Shown piece after piece: positions 63,519 through 64,000 of a DNA stretch of 64,000 nt. Location of the stretch: assembly GCF_009914755.1 (NCBI RefSeq), contig NC_060931.1; one strand, 5' to 3'. Origin of the DNA: the human T2T-CHM13v2.0 reference genome, Homo sapiens. The notes beneath the pieces were generated by a model. The model did not search any database and was not told the DNA's origin. It saw nothing but the letters and a program-made list of their open reading frames with translations. Position 1 is the first letter of the stretch; every line of letters begins with the position of its first letter. The position numbers were made by a program, and so were the translations under genes.

Positions 63519-64000
<482 letters not shown>

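Overview
Primate (human-like) genomic DNA, intergenic or intronic, dominated by transposable elements. I find no intact host protein-coding gene, RNA gene or CRISPR array, and cannot name the locus. Contents: about 47 Alu copies or fragments; one full-length but inactivated L1PA4/5-type LINE-1 (12918-19087); a full-length decayed Tigger1 (5347-8542); many MaLR, ERV1 and ERVL solo LTRs; MER1B, MER47A and MADE1 DNA elements; old L1M, L2 and MIR fragments; and a 29-bp minisatellite. Nearly all supplied ORFs are repeat-derived. I do not see a new biological system. The most unusual signal is a set of non-canonical local copying events: a 23-bp inverted copy of a nearby L1 segment pasted into an Alu; a 183-bp inverted duplication; a ~125-bp dispersed direct duplication; a 152-bp tandem duplication that captures an AluY tail; an LTR6 solo LTR with a 33-bp target duplication and a truncated 5' end; and a TIR-less Tigger3 fragment with a 7-bp duplication. 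Candidate regulatory sites and one candidate exon are low confidence. Repeat subfamily names come from recalled consensus sequences, and boundaries of old repeats are approximate.
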